Positions 13,762 to 26,700 of a stretch of 64,000 nucleotides of DNA are shown one piece after another; within the stretch, counting starts at the first letter, position 1; each line of letters begins with the position of its first letter. The notes beneath the pieces are model-generated. The model was not told where the DNA came from. It saw only the letters and a list, made by a program, of their open reading frames with translations, and ran no database searches. The DNA is from Azolla caroliniana. Its lineage: Eukaryota; Plantae; Polypodiophyta. The stretch lies in NCBI GenBank assembly GCA_043228905.1, contig JBHGNT010000021.1, positions 4,278,001-4,342,000 on the forward strand. The letters are read 5' to 3'. A program made the position numbers and the translations under genes.

Positions 13762-14389
13762 TGCTCACGCACGCACACAGCCCGACTGCACTGTGGAGCC
13801 TCTATCGAAAGCACACGGGATGTCCACGAAGCAGAGGCAACTCAGTCCAAAATCCTCCAGAGAATGACGAATGAAGGAGTTGAGAGCTCGGTCCCAGTCC
13901 GACAGCACTTCGTCCTCGCTCCCAAAAACGCGATATCTTCATCCGCCTTCTTCCTCCCCTTCTATAGGCTGTCGAGGCAGGCCGTTGCACCCTCTTTTTC
14001 ATCAATTTATTCTCTGTCCTTTCGGACAGAGATACTCCTTGATTTCCTAGACATTCAATGCGTCACATCTAGTCTATTTACACCCACCGGCCTACTCCTA
14101 GTTATGTACAAGATAATAATTCGTGTGGAAAAGTGTAGAGCCGGTTCATGCGACCTGCTTCGCCGATTCCGCTTCTACCTGGTTTTCTTCATGACAGCGG
14201 AAACATGAACACTACCTTTGCTAAGAAGATCACCAAGTTAGCATAGTAAGGTTGTCGGCATAAAAGGCCAACTCCTTCCACCTTGTATCCGAGTGTGAAC
14301 TCATCCAAAGAGTTAGGGCTTAGTATATAAGCAATAACCTAACATTGTAAAGAGAGAGAGATCCCTTGATCACTTCATGTATTGTGTCT

Positions 14390-14440
<51 letters not shown>

Positions 14441-16597
14441 CGCAATAACGAGAGCTTCCATTAAAGCTTAGATCGTGTATATTCGTTGTTTATCTTCTTG
14501 CTATCATCTGTGTAGTTTGCTTAGCACATACGAAAAGTCCTCACATATACGTTTCCACACACACATACTCGCATCAGCTGGTATCAGAGCGACTTGCTAT
14601 TCGGTGGCAACAAACAACAGAAAAGCTGAAAAGAAAAAGACCAGGTCAATAAAATCTCACTTTCGAAGAAGAACATGGCTTCAACATCCAGAACATGAGG
14701 TGAAATCAGAAAATTCGACGGCAAAAACTAAATTTCCCTATCGAAGGAGATGATGCAGGATGTGTTGATCACCAGAAGACAAGTTGAAGCCATTCGACAC
14801 AATGAAAAACCTACCTCAATGACAGCCGAAGAGTGGAGATCTACAGATTAAATCGCACGCTCCACCATCTAAACGCATCTGACCGAAAATGTATACTTCA
14901 GCATGGCAAAAGAATCGACAATGTTTTCATTGTGGGAGAAGCTACAAGCAGTTTATAAGAAAAAGTCCTCATCTTCAAAACTGATTTTGATTAAACAACT
15001 ATTCAACATGAAGATGAGAGAGACCGATCTGGCAACCTCCCACATCAACACCTTCAGTCGGGTGTTGTCAGAACTCTCTTCACAAGGGATTAACTTTGAA
15101 GAAGAAGTGAAAGCCCTTGCCCTCCTATCGAGCTTGCCGTTAAGTTGGGATGTATTATGCACGACCTACACCAATAGCCGACCGATCCTAAATCTGGATG
15201 AGACAATTTGTCAAGTCCTCACCGAGGACATTCAGCGAAATTGATGGGACTTACCATCGATGAGTCGGCAGAAGCCCACCACTCGACCGAGCCGATCAAC
15301 AGATTTAGTTGATCAAGCGAGTAAGTCGACAAAACCGGTCAGAACACCAACTGATTGAAGACGAGGGGAGTCGAAGTTGAGAACAGGCCGATCAGGTGAA
15401 TTCTGCACACACTGTAGAAAAGTTGGACACAATGTTTCCGACTACTGGTCAATCAAGAGGAAAGAGAGTGGTCATCGATCTGAACGAAATCGAGGATGGC
15501 CCGACTCAGACCACTCTCTAGTCGGCAACCAAATCAAAGTTGTCGACACCCGATCATGAGAAATTCTCTCCCTAGAGGATTCAATGATAGGATAAGTCCT
15601 CTACAGTGCACAAGAGGTACACGCCTGGCTATTGTATTCCGGTGCCACATTTCACGTGACCCAAAAATCGAGTGGTTTTCAAACTATTCAGTTGGCACCA
15701 GCGGCACAGTCCGACTAGGCAATGGACAAGAGTGTAGAATAGCAGGAGTTGGTGAAGTACCAATTCAACTGCCAAACAACAATAGAATAATCCTGCACCA
15801 AGTTTGACACGTACCCGATCTGAAAAGGAGTCTGGTCTCCATCGGCACGCTAGCCGAAGACGGGTATCAAACGATTCCAAGTGAGTCGGCATGGATGATC
15901 AGCTGAGGAAACCTGAAGATAGGAGGCAGGCACAAGTATAATAACTTGTACCCATTAATGGCGATCAATCTAGAAGGGTCCATGAACATAGCCGAAAAGA
16001 GCGACCCAAACTTACGGCATGGCCGACTTGGTCATATGTCTCAAGCCGGACTTGATTGGCTGATGGCGGTCGGCGACATCCCTAAAATCCAAGCAAAGAC
16101 AGACTTCTGTGAGCATTTTCGATATGGGAAACAAACCTGAAATCTGTACTCTCTCCACTACGGGATGGTATGATAGCCCCTAGAGCTCGTACACACAGAT
16201 ATATGTGGGCCCATGCCAGAGCGATCACTAGGAGGCTCCCGGTACTTCATCACCTTTGTAGATGACTGTACACGAAAGGTCTGGGCCTACTCCATTAGGT
16301 CCAAAGACGAAGCACTCGAGGTCTTCTCTCAGTGGATAACTAAAGTGGAGAACCGGTCATGATACAAAGTGAAGAAACTCTAATCCGACAATGGAGGAGA
16401 ATACACCTCCCAAGCCTTCAAACAGTACCTGTCCGACAAAGGGATCCGGCATCAAAAGGTCGTTCCATACACACCCATGCATAATGGAGTGGCAAAATAG
16501 ATCAACCGAACGATCCAGGAGAGGGTGACTGCAATGCTCTAGCAAGATAGACAAAAGTTGGAGTTCTGGGGCGAGGCATTGCAGACGGTAGTATACC

Positions 16598-16863
16598 TCG
16601 TAAATATTTAAGCGTCGAAAGCAATCAAGCGTGAAGTGCCACAAGCACTATGGTTAGGCAAACAACGGACCTACGATAGGGTCTGTATATTCCGATGCAA
16701 AGCCTACGCATTCATCCCCAGGGAGAAAAGTCGTAAATATTTAAGCGTCGAAAGCAATCAAGCGTGAAGTGCCACAAGCACTATGGTTAGGCAAACAACG
16801 GACCTACGATAGGGTCTGTATATTCCGATGCAAAGCCTACGCATTCATCCCCAGGGAGAAAAG
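16598..16863 (+). repeat. 133-bp tandem duplication inside the copia integrase
   Basis: TCGTAAATATTTAAGCG...CAGGGAGAAAAG is repeated back to back. Confidence 0.9.
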
Positions 16864-17814
16864 GACCAAGCTGGCACCCCATGCCACAAAGTGCATATTT
16901 CTCAGTTATGGAACCGGTGGGGAATTCGGTTACAGGCTATGGGACCCAAAGAACCGGAAATTGATCCGGAGTTGTGACGTAGTCTTCAATGAAGACTCTA
17001 TCTTCTCGCAACGGAACCAGTAGAAAATAGTTGGTAAAAAGGTATCCTTCGAAATCGACAAAGTTTTCGTAGAAGGACCGTCCCACTGAACCTATTCAGA
17101 GATTCGACAAACTGTTGAACTCGACCATGCCAATAACATACATGCCGACTTCGAATCGGTAGGAAGTCCACTAGTCGAACTCGAAGACAAAGCTTATTCG
17201 ACAAGAGTCAAAAAAGGCAGAATCAACAAGATGCGATTTGGAAACAGAGCCGAGTCGACAAAGTCCATAGGAGAGGACAACGTGACACCGCCGAAATCCC
17301 AACTTCGGGGAGGGTCACCTAACAAGAAGAATCCTGACACAAATGGTTCAACAAATACAGATTGAACAACAAAGCCGATCGAAGAATCCGAACCACTTAT
17401 TTCGGCACCCAGGAGATCTCAACGAGCTCGAAGCCAAACAAAGTTCTATCAACCAGGTCTCGACTACGTCCATTACACTGATGCAGGCAAACCCAACACT
17501 TATGAAGAAGCTATGGCCACACCGGACGCCGATACATGGCCGCAAGCCATGAAATCTGAAATGGACTTGATTCAATGGAATCAGACATGGGAGTTGGTTG
17601 AACTACTAGCTGGAAGAAAGCCGCTACCTTGCAAATGGGTCTTCTGATACAAATTTGTATTTGACTAAGAGAAGCCCAAGTACTTAGCTCGGCTCGTCGT
17701 GAAGGGATTTAAACAAGAACATGGGGTCAACTACGATGAGATCTTCTCACCAATAGTCAAGATGACCACCCTCCGACTCTTACTAGGAGTTTTAGCGACA
17801 AAAAACTTGGAGCT

Positions 17815-18279
17815 TGTCGAGACTCGTGGGTAGGAGATAGAGTGAGAGCGAAAGAGAGAGGGTGTGTGTGTGCGTGAGAGAGAGAGAGTGTGTGTGTGAG
17901 AGATAAGACTTGAAATAGAAATGAGATTATATTATGATGAAACAAGATTACAATGAGTAGGCTAAGGGCTAAAGACTGGTGTTGAACCGAATGAGTTGAA
18001 ATGAATGTATGGACACTTATTTATAGATCCTTATGGAGTATTCTAGAATGTTCTAGAATATTTTAGATTTTTATGATAAGAAATATAATCATGAAATATT
18101 AAAGGATGTTCTAGAATAATCTAGAATGTTCTAGAATATTCTAATATCTTGTAATAACTAAAAATATAATTATTATAATCACACAACATATATGTTATTA
18201 CAATGGTTAAGGGTTCAACACATAGACCAAAAAATTGTGGGTTCAATTCTTGATAAGCCAACATGTTGTCTTCATGATA
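17815..18279 (-). mobile_element. Solo LTR of a Tcn1-like chromovirus inserted in the copia RT
   Basis: Interrupts the LELEQ-DVK motif. Shares AAGACTGGTGTTGA and TTCTAGAATGTTCTAGAA motifs with the LTRs of elements G and H. Flanks GAGCT / AAGCT, with about 40 bp of extra filler on the right. Confidence 0.75.
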
Positions 18280-20154
18280 TTATTATTATTATTATTGACT
18301 TGAAATAGAAATGAGATAAAGCTCGAGCAGATAGATAAGATAGATGTAAAGTCGGCATTCCTACACGGAGATTTGGAAGAAGACATCTACATGTCTCAAC
18401 CGACAAGCTTCACGGCGACGGGGGAGGACATCCACCTCGTATGTCGACTGAAAAAAAGTCTTTATGGTTGAAACAAGCATTGAGGATGTGGTATAAGAAG
18501 TTCGACTCCTACATCAGGCAGCGTGGATACAACCGATTAGACTCCGACCCATGCATGTACATTTGGCAACTGGCCGACAAGTCTAGGATTGACTTGATCC
18601 TATATGTCAACGACATGCTGATTGTAGGAAGTAATCAAGCAGAGATTGGAAAGCTGAAGCGGAGCCTTCATGACAAGTTTGTGATGAAGGAACTTGGACA
18701 AGCCCATCACATATTGGGCACGAGGATCGAGAGAAATCGGACGACCAAGACTCTCGTACTCTCGCAGTTCGACTATATCCGGAAGGTGCTAAAGCGCTTC
18801 AACATGGAGAATGTGAAACCAGCACCAACACCACTTTCGACGTCGATCCAACTATCGGACAGAGACACTCCTTCAACGGACAAGGAGAGAGAGCTTAATG
18901 GGAAGATTCCTTACGCATCGGCCGTAGGAAGTATCATGTACGCAATTGTGGCGACCCGACCCGACCTAGCCTATGTCGTAGGGGTGGTCAACCGGTACAT
19001 GTCAAACCGAGGACGGAAGCATTGGGAGGCTGTCAAGCACATCCTTAGGTATCTAAAAGGAACCATGGATGCACGACTAACTTTTGGTTTGACAACCTCA
19101 ACCGAAGTTGAAGGCTACACCAACTCCGACTATGCCGGAAATATGGACAATAGGAAGTCAACATATGGCTATATCTTCACCTATGGTGGTGGTGCGATAT
19201 CATGGAGGTCGAAACTTCAAGAGTGCACAGCTCTGTCGACCACAAAGGCCTAGTACATAGCAGCATCAGAGGCAGCGAAGGAAGCAATATAGCTGCACCA
19301 ACTAACTGCTGATTTTTCAGCCACAAGCGGAATTAACCGACCAACACCGACCATCTATTACGACTCACAGAGAGCAATTCATCTCATCATCAATCCCGTC
19401 TATCACGCAAAGACGAAGCATATTGAGGTGCGGCATCATCACATCTGAGAGCTCATAACCGAGAAGAAGCTCGAAGTCCGAAAGATCGACACCAAGGTGA
19501 ACATCATCGATTGCCTGACAAAGCCACTCCTAGGTCAACGCTTTGGAGCATTAAGAACAAAGATGGGACTGCAACAAGCGACCGAACAAAAGAAGGCCAA
19601 ACGAGAAGCAGGAGGTAAGTCAAACTGATTGACTCTGATAAGTCAATCTGACTAGCCGAACTAGGCTATACATTGAACATATCTTTGTCGACTCGGCCAC
19701 ATGCTGACTGACTTGTAAATATAAATTTAGATTAATTTTGTAATCTAGGTTTACGGGGGAGATAACCCCAAACACATGTACATGTAGAGCAGAGTAGTCC
19801 TTTTACAGGGGAGCTTGTTGGCATAAAAGGTTGTCTCCTTCTACCTTGTATCCGAGTGTGAACTCGTCAAAAGAGTTAGGGCTTAGTATATAAGCGATAC
19901 CCTAACATCATAAAGAGAGAGAGATTCCTTGATCACTTCATGTATTGTGTCTCAAAGAGAGAGATTCCTTGATCACTTCATGTATTGTGTCTCAGAGAGA
20001 GAGAGATAACAGACACAATAATCAGAGCTTCCATTAAAACTTAGATCGTGTATATTCATTGTTTATCTTCTTGTTATCATCTCTGTAGTTTGCTGAGCAC
20101 ATACAAAAAGTCCTCACATATACGTTTCCGCACACACATACTCACATCAAAGGC

Positions 20155-20391
20155 AAGATCAAGGAGACAGAATGAGAGAGAGACAGAGGGACACACAATG
20201 TGTAACTATATTATTCAAAACTTAAGAGTTACAATTATAATGGCGGAAACAACCTTGTCAGCTAGGTTACAAAGCCAATTATATACTAACTGAGCTAGGG
20301 CAATTGCCCTGGGACATATTTACAAAATTGTCCTAAACCTAGTTTGTCCAAGGGACAATGTGAATATGAGCATTAAAAACCCGTATGCGAC
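20155..20391 (-). mobile_element. Probable solo LTR remnant (14197-14252 plus 20155-20391) that hosts the copia element
   Basis: Ends ...TGCGACA against the LINE. Resembles the copia LTR at 59390-59703 (GTTACAAAG, CTAGGGCAA.TGCCCT, TTACAAAA). Confidence 0.5.
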
Positions 20392-21943
20392 ACTTAAGTT
20401 ATCTCTCCCTCTTAATATGTCATCATATCTTGAACGAATTGCATTATATGCCAAGCATGTGAAGAGCAAGTGACATTCATCCTCTACCATGCATTCATTG
20501 CATACTTTACATGCCCTCAAATTCGTTACATTTTGATACCATGATGCAACTTCCATGCCTAACTTGTGAGATCAAGTGCGAAGTAGTGTGAGGGCTCTAC
20601 GAGCATTACTACTCATATTGGTAATGAGATAAGGTTTGATACGATCAATAGGCATTCTTGCCTTATATTGGGACCAACATTCAAGGCTAACATTTGAAAT
20701 GTAATATTCCAGTTTTGTCCACTTCGCATCTTCCTATTTCATCCTTAATGATTCCACCAACCTTTCCTCAATCATTACATAATGCATAACATCACCCGAA
20801 AGCTCTAAAAGATCATCCACACCCCATCTTTTGAACCATCTTGTATGTCAACAACCCAACCAGATGAGAGAATTTTACTCTTATGATTCTTTTGTAGCTT
20901 ACATCCAACATTCCAAGCAAGATGTGGTAATCGATGATTTGGCATATTCTTGACTTTTGTAATGTATCTATATACTCTTTGGAGTGCCAATATCTCTATG
21001 GGCCAAACACCTATTTCCAAGAGCATAACCTGGTAAGAGGAAGTGCATTTAACTCCTAATTGCCTCCTTAAAAACATCTTTCGAATTTTCTCAATCTCAT
21101 TCCATGCATTAAGAGAGATGGTGCCACCCCATACTTGTACTCCATAAAGCAATACTTGAGTTAGCATGGCATTGAAAATTAGTTTTACTTCCCATCCACA
21201 AGTATCACTTTGGTTGCATTGGTTCTCCAAAAGGTAATACGATCTCCAATCAGCTTGGGGCCTAGAATCAAAGCATGCACCCCATTTATTTGTGGCGGGC
21301 ACATCAATACCAAGATATTTAAAGCTTTGAACAAATTGTATATTTTCACCTCTATATGTGACCATAGGATAATGATGGGGTTGGATGGTTTGCACTGCCA
21401 TCATTTTTGTTTTCTCCACATTCATTGCTAGTCCACTATTATGGCAAAATTCTTCGAATACCCCACGTAAATGTTGCATAGTATCAACATCATATGAGAA
21501 GAGTACCACATCATCTGCATATAAAAGCAATAAGATAACATGTTGCATCAATTTGGGGGCATTCAATCCTTCTTCTCTTGCAACCTTATTCACCACTTCT
21601 TCTAATTTATCAATACATAAGCCAAAGAGTGTGGTTGATAGTGGACATCCTTGCTTGACCCCCATGTTACATAAAAAGTGTTTTCAGAATCCACTATCCA
21701 TTTTTAGTTGGCATTTAACTTGTTCATATAGGCATGCCACCGCAACTCGATACTCTAATGGCATGTCAATCTCTAGCATTTTATTCCAAAGCTCACTTCA
21801 TGGTACAGTATCAAAAGCTTTCTTGAAATCAACAAAAAAACAATCAAGTGTTTTTCCTTGTAGTTAACTCTCTTCCATGAATGGTCTACGGTGGAGTGTT
21901 TTGGTCTAAATCCTGCTTGCCCAAGTGCTCTTTTACTTGTACT
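20392..21943 (-). mobile_element. Non-LTR retrotransposon (LINE) ORF2, 3' part: RT and C-terminal Cys/His motif
   Basis: QAGFRPKHSTVDH, GVKQGCPLS, LLYADDVVL, FKYLG and CKVC...EDECHLLFTC. Confidence 0.92.
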
Positions 21944-23791
21944 TGTCATGAACACATGATCATTATGGCGTCACTCGGACTTGAACCTAGAACCTTGTAA
22001 TCCATAATTGAAAACCTCAACCATTAAGATAGCTTATTGTCATATGAGAGGATAAAAGCTACTTTTGTATTAGATTGATTTGATAATTGTAAAAACTCTA
22101 GATCATTCTAAAATGTTCTAGAATGTCCTCAAACATTCTAGGCCTAGAACATTATAGAAATCTCTAAGCTATTCTATAGGAACCTATAAATAAGGGCATA
22201 CATGTATTCTCAAATCAATTCGAATCAAACTGTCAAAACCAAGAATAAAAGATAGAGTACATCACGAAACCATGGCTGCTATTAACTCAGAAGAATATCT
22301 CACCCTTGTTGCAGAAATGGAGAATCTTAAATCCAAGTTCACATCTCTTGAAGTAGAGAATCAACGTCTACTTGGGGATCTACAAAAGGTTACTATAGAG
22401 AAGCAACAACAACAAGAGGAGTTCACGCGACAGGTTCAACAGTTAGAGTCAACAATCATAGTGTTACAACAACAAAGGGTCGAAGGTCAAGGACTTATCA
22501 AGGAGCCCAAAATCAACCTCCTAGCTAAATTTGATGGTTCGAGGCCGCATTTCCGAGGTTTCTTCAGTCAAGTACGGTTGGTGATTCAAATGCATCCCAC
22601 ACGTTATCTGACAGATGCATAACGAGTCTGGTTAGTGAGCACCTTACTGACTGGCATAACGTTGTCGTGGTTTTCTCCATTGCTAGAGACAAATTCTCCT
22701 CTACTGAATAATTTTGAGGAATTTATAAAAGAATTTAAGTCTTGTTTCGGAGATACTTATGGGGCGAGAACAGCTATCAACAAGATTCGTACACTACGTC
22801 AAGGTGATAAACCAACTTTGACATATGTAGCCAATTTTTGTCTCATCACAAGCGATATCCCTTGGGATGAACAAGCCCTAATGGAGCAATTCCGTTCAGG
22901 CCTTCGTAGTGATGTCAAAGAATTACTTCTTACCTTCCACGAGGATCCAAGGTCACTTACAAAAGCTATTAGTCGAGCAATACGATGTGATAATCGTCTT
23001 TTTGAGCGTTGTCGTGAAGAATTTCGGCCAGAGGCGGAAACCGGGAAATATTGGCTACATCGACGGGGTGCAACATGTGCGATCACCCTTGTACATTTAG
23101 TGTGAATAACGAGGGCGCCTTTATGGCGTCGAAGAGTAGTCAAGTCGGGACAGAGAATCCCATGTAAGTCGGGATTTATCCCACATTGTAACGCGTCTCC
23201 CTCCTTGTTCTATAAAAGGAAGGGAGCGCCTCTTGTGAAGGGGTTGCCCATTTTTGCATTCGTAGGGTATACCGTTAGAGGAAGAAACATTCTCTCTTCC
23301 TCTTTCTTTCCTCTTGTTTACGGTTTCGTTTCCTTTCTCTGCTTCTTCCTCTTCGTCGTTCTAAGTATCGAGCCTTGGCATCTCGTGTTCCTGCTTTCTA
23401 CCCGTTCTTTGTGCAAGACCCCGCTCGGCACGACAAGCCCGAGAGCTCCCCCGACCGGCGGCTTGGCAGTAGACGACTATTGTAACCTGAGCTACTTAGG
23501 TCGGGCTCAATACCAGTATTGTATCTTAGTCTTGTGATATATGCATGGAGTGTTCTGCGCAACGGTGTTTGTGTGGGTGTTTTGGTGTTCTCTTACCTCT
23601 GTTTTTGTACATAAGGGCGTGAGTTGGGTCGGCATGGTGTGTGTGTGTGGGTGTGAGTCGGTGTCAAGCGCGCGCTCTCTCTCATTCTCTCTCCCGTTCG
23701 GTTGCTTCCGGAACGCGTCCGGAATCGTCTTCTCGGCTTCCCTTCTTCCCTCGTCCGAGACCCCCGTGGTCCCGCCCTTCTACATGCACGT

Positions 23792-26700
23792 TGTCGAGTT
23801 GTTACGCGCGTACGTGTAGAAAGGGGCGGGACCACGGGGGTCTTGGACCAAGGAGCGAGAGAGACAGAGAGAGACAGAGAGGGAGACACAGAGAGAGAAA
23901 GATTCACCGACACGTAGAAGCGAGAAAGAGAGAAATAGAACGTAACACTTAATTATAATGACTGAGATTACAAACTCCGACAGTTACAACCGACAAAGCG
24001 GCGACGGGCCCGACGCGGGGACCCTACTCATGCACACCGACGACAATCACCGACTCAAAGAAACAAAAGGGGAAGGGGAACGACTCTGCTGGAAGCACAC
24101 GGGTTGTCCACGAAGCAGAGGTGGCGACCTCCCGACACCCGCAGAGAGCGACGATTCGAGTCGAAGAGAGAGAGCTCCGCCTTCCGTTCTGCAGCAACCT
24201 CCTTCCTCCTCCTCGCGCGCGATCCCGTTTTTCTCTTCTCTTCTTCCTTTTATTCCCTGTCCCCTCTCTGGGATACGCACAATCCCCCTCTAATAAATGT
24301 GTGTGGCTTAGTAGTCACATCCACCGGTTCGTTTACAAAGTATATAGTCACACGTCCATCCGTGTAGGGGCCGGTTTACGCGCTTTCTCTCTGATTCCGC
24401 CTATGGCCGGTTTTCTTCACGACATCCACCCCCACCAAACCACGCATCCACCGGTATGCGCTAGAGACAGGTAGATATCGAAGAAACCCGGCCTCACTCG
24501 TTGCTCTCCGGTTCTCCGCCGGACCCGACACACTACTTCTTTGATCAGGAACCGGCATACCACCGCGGTTGTCTTGCTTTGCAGTGCACGGCCTTCCACC
24601 TGGTTCGTTAAGTCCTCTCGGGCAAGCGCCAAGTATCGCATCTGTCCTACCCCCATCGGCATCGTCACCAAGTCCACCATCCACTTGAAATGGACCGTAG
24701 GCGGGTAGGTCGGGTGTAGCTCGTCCCGGTGTCGGACTATGGAGCGCACCTGACAGCTTTCGCAAGTCGTTACGAACCGATGCACGTACTAGTATAGCCC
24801 CGGCCACCAGTACTTCTCCTTCAGCTTCTCGAACGTGGCCCACGTTCCGCGGTGTCCGGCCCATGGGGTCTCGTGGAATGCCGCCAGTAGTTCCCCCTGT
24901 TCTTCTTTCTTTGCCACTACTCGGAGTGGGATGCCGCTTCTCTTCTTTGGGTGCTTCCATATGCACCCGTCCCGCACGAAGAATCGGTACGCCTTCCTCC
25001 GTATCCGGCTCGCCTCCTCTCTCGCCCATGCTGCGTCCGGCGTCATCGTCCGTAGGAACCTCCCGATTCAGAGCCACTCCCCGTCGTACCTGCTTTCGTC
25101 AAATTCGTTAAGCGCCGGAGTGTTCCATTTCCTCGTCGTTACGTTAGCCGACCCGAAGAAGTCCTCGCCGACTTCTTCGTCTTCCGAAACCATGCCGTCT
25201 TCGTCGTTGAACCTTGCCCTCGAAAGCATGTTGGCCATGGCGTTGTCCTTTCCGGAGATGTGTCGTATCTCCGGGTTCAGGGACTTAATGTACGCTATCC
25301 ACCGGAGCATTGCTAGGTCCGGCGTCACGCATCCGGAAACCATGCCGAGTATCGGCAGGCAGTCCGACTCGATAATCACCTCCGTCCCGATCAGATAATC
25401 CTTGTCGGCCTTGACTGCCGAAACGACACCCCAAAGTTCGCGCTTAACTTGGGCGTACCCTCGCTGCCGCTCGCTCAATACCTTCGCCCCGAACCGGATT
25501 GGGAATCGTACACTACCCTTGTCCTCCTGACTGATTACCCACGCGATCCCGGTCGGGCTGGTGTCCACCGTTACGCAGATGGGAACATCCTTGCCGTAAA
25601 CCGCTTTACGGAGAGCCGGCGCTGCCGTAAGCGCCTCCTTTAGTCTCCGAACCGACTCCGTCTGCTCCGTCCTCCACTCAAAGCTACGCCCCTTTTTCAA
25701 TAGTCCGTAGAGGGGTTCCGCGACATGTGCGTAGTGCGGGATCCAGATGTGGTAGAACGCGCATGCCCCCAAGAATCTGCGGACCTCTATGACCGACCCG
25801 CAAACGTTCCTAATCACGGAGATGGCCTCTACCTTTGCCGGAGACGGTTTCCTACCGTAAGGCCCGCACAGGTGTCCGACCACCAAGATCTCCGACTGTC
25901 CGAAGGCCGACTTTTCCCCGGAGAGGTGAGCCTCACGCGCTCTAGTCTCTGCAGCACCTTCTCACAGTCATCGATGTGGGACGCCACGAAATTCCGACAT
26001 CCGTCTGGCCCGATTGCCTCGTCCCTTTTCTCCACCGGGCATCACTTGATCAGGATGTCGTCTAAGAATGGCATGGTGATGTCTGGGATACAATCCCTGA
26101 GCACTTTGTTCATCGCGTTCACCATGTGAGCCACTGAGTTCGTTCCTCCTTGTGGCAGGGTACACATCCGCACTAGGCCGAGAGGAGTCCGCATCGTCAT
26201 AATGTCTCGGCTCTCCACGGCTAGTTGGAACTGATCATACCCCGAGTACAGATCACCGACAGAGTAAATCGACCTTCAGGCGAAGGCCTCCCCGAACTCG
26301 TCTATGGTCGGTCTGATTCCTGCGTTACGGATGGTCACCTTGTTGACCGGTTGCAGGTCCTGAATGAAGCGCGGCGTGCCGTTCTTCTTGGGCACCGTAA
26401 ACCACCAATTCGAATACGGGGCACTCGACGATTTGAGGATGCCCATCTCCACCTTTCGCTTTAGGAGCTCCATCAACTTCGGGATGTGAGCTCTTGGCAC
26501 CGGAATCGGCTTGAGATTCCACGGTACATGCGATACCGTGAAGATCACCATCGGTTCGACAACTGTCGGGTCTACGCACCCGATCTCCTCCGGTGAGAAT
26601 GCGAAAGCCTTCCCGTGCCTCCCGAGCATTCTCCGAAACCGGTCCTCCTCCGCCGGCAGTAGGAAGCCGCCCCCACCGACCTTGAGCTCCCGTAGCGTTA

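Larger units (their letters stand above)
5478..14196 (-). mobile_element. Gypsy element B (same family): 5' LTR 13521-14196, PBS and gag, interrupted by element C; pol and 3' LTR lost
   Basis: gag fragments (CMWCNAVGHIRKEC zinc knuckle, STEIERTKDLQKVLEE) at 5478-7053 continue at 13418-13476 (ATG). PBS at about 13500-13516. Confidence 0.9.
14253..20149 (+). mobile_element. Ty1/copia LTR retrotransposon, full length but decayed
   Basis: LTRs 14253-14576 and 19816-20149, Met-i PBS TGGTATCAGAGC at 14579, PPT CAGGGGAGCT, TSD AAGGT/AAGGC. Domains run gag (CTHCRKVGHNVSDY), integrase, RT (ILYVNDMLI), RNase H, with many stops. Confidence 0.95.

Noticed and set aside
23205-23537. Hydrophobic 110-aa ORF repeated at 33599-33931 as a possible env-like or membrane protein
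   Set aside because: It lies within the LTR, starts at a non-ATG codon at the TATA box, and reflects CT-rich leader sequence. The repetition is only LTR identity.
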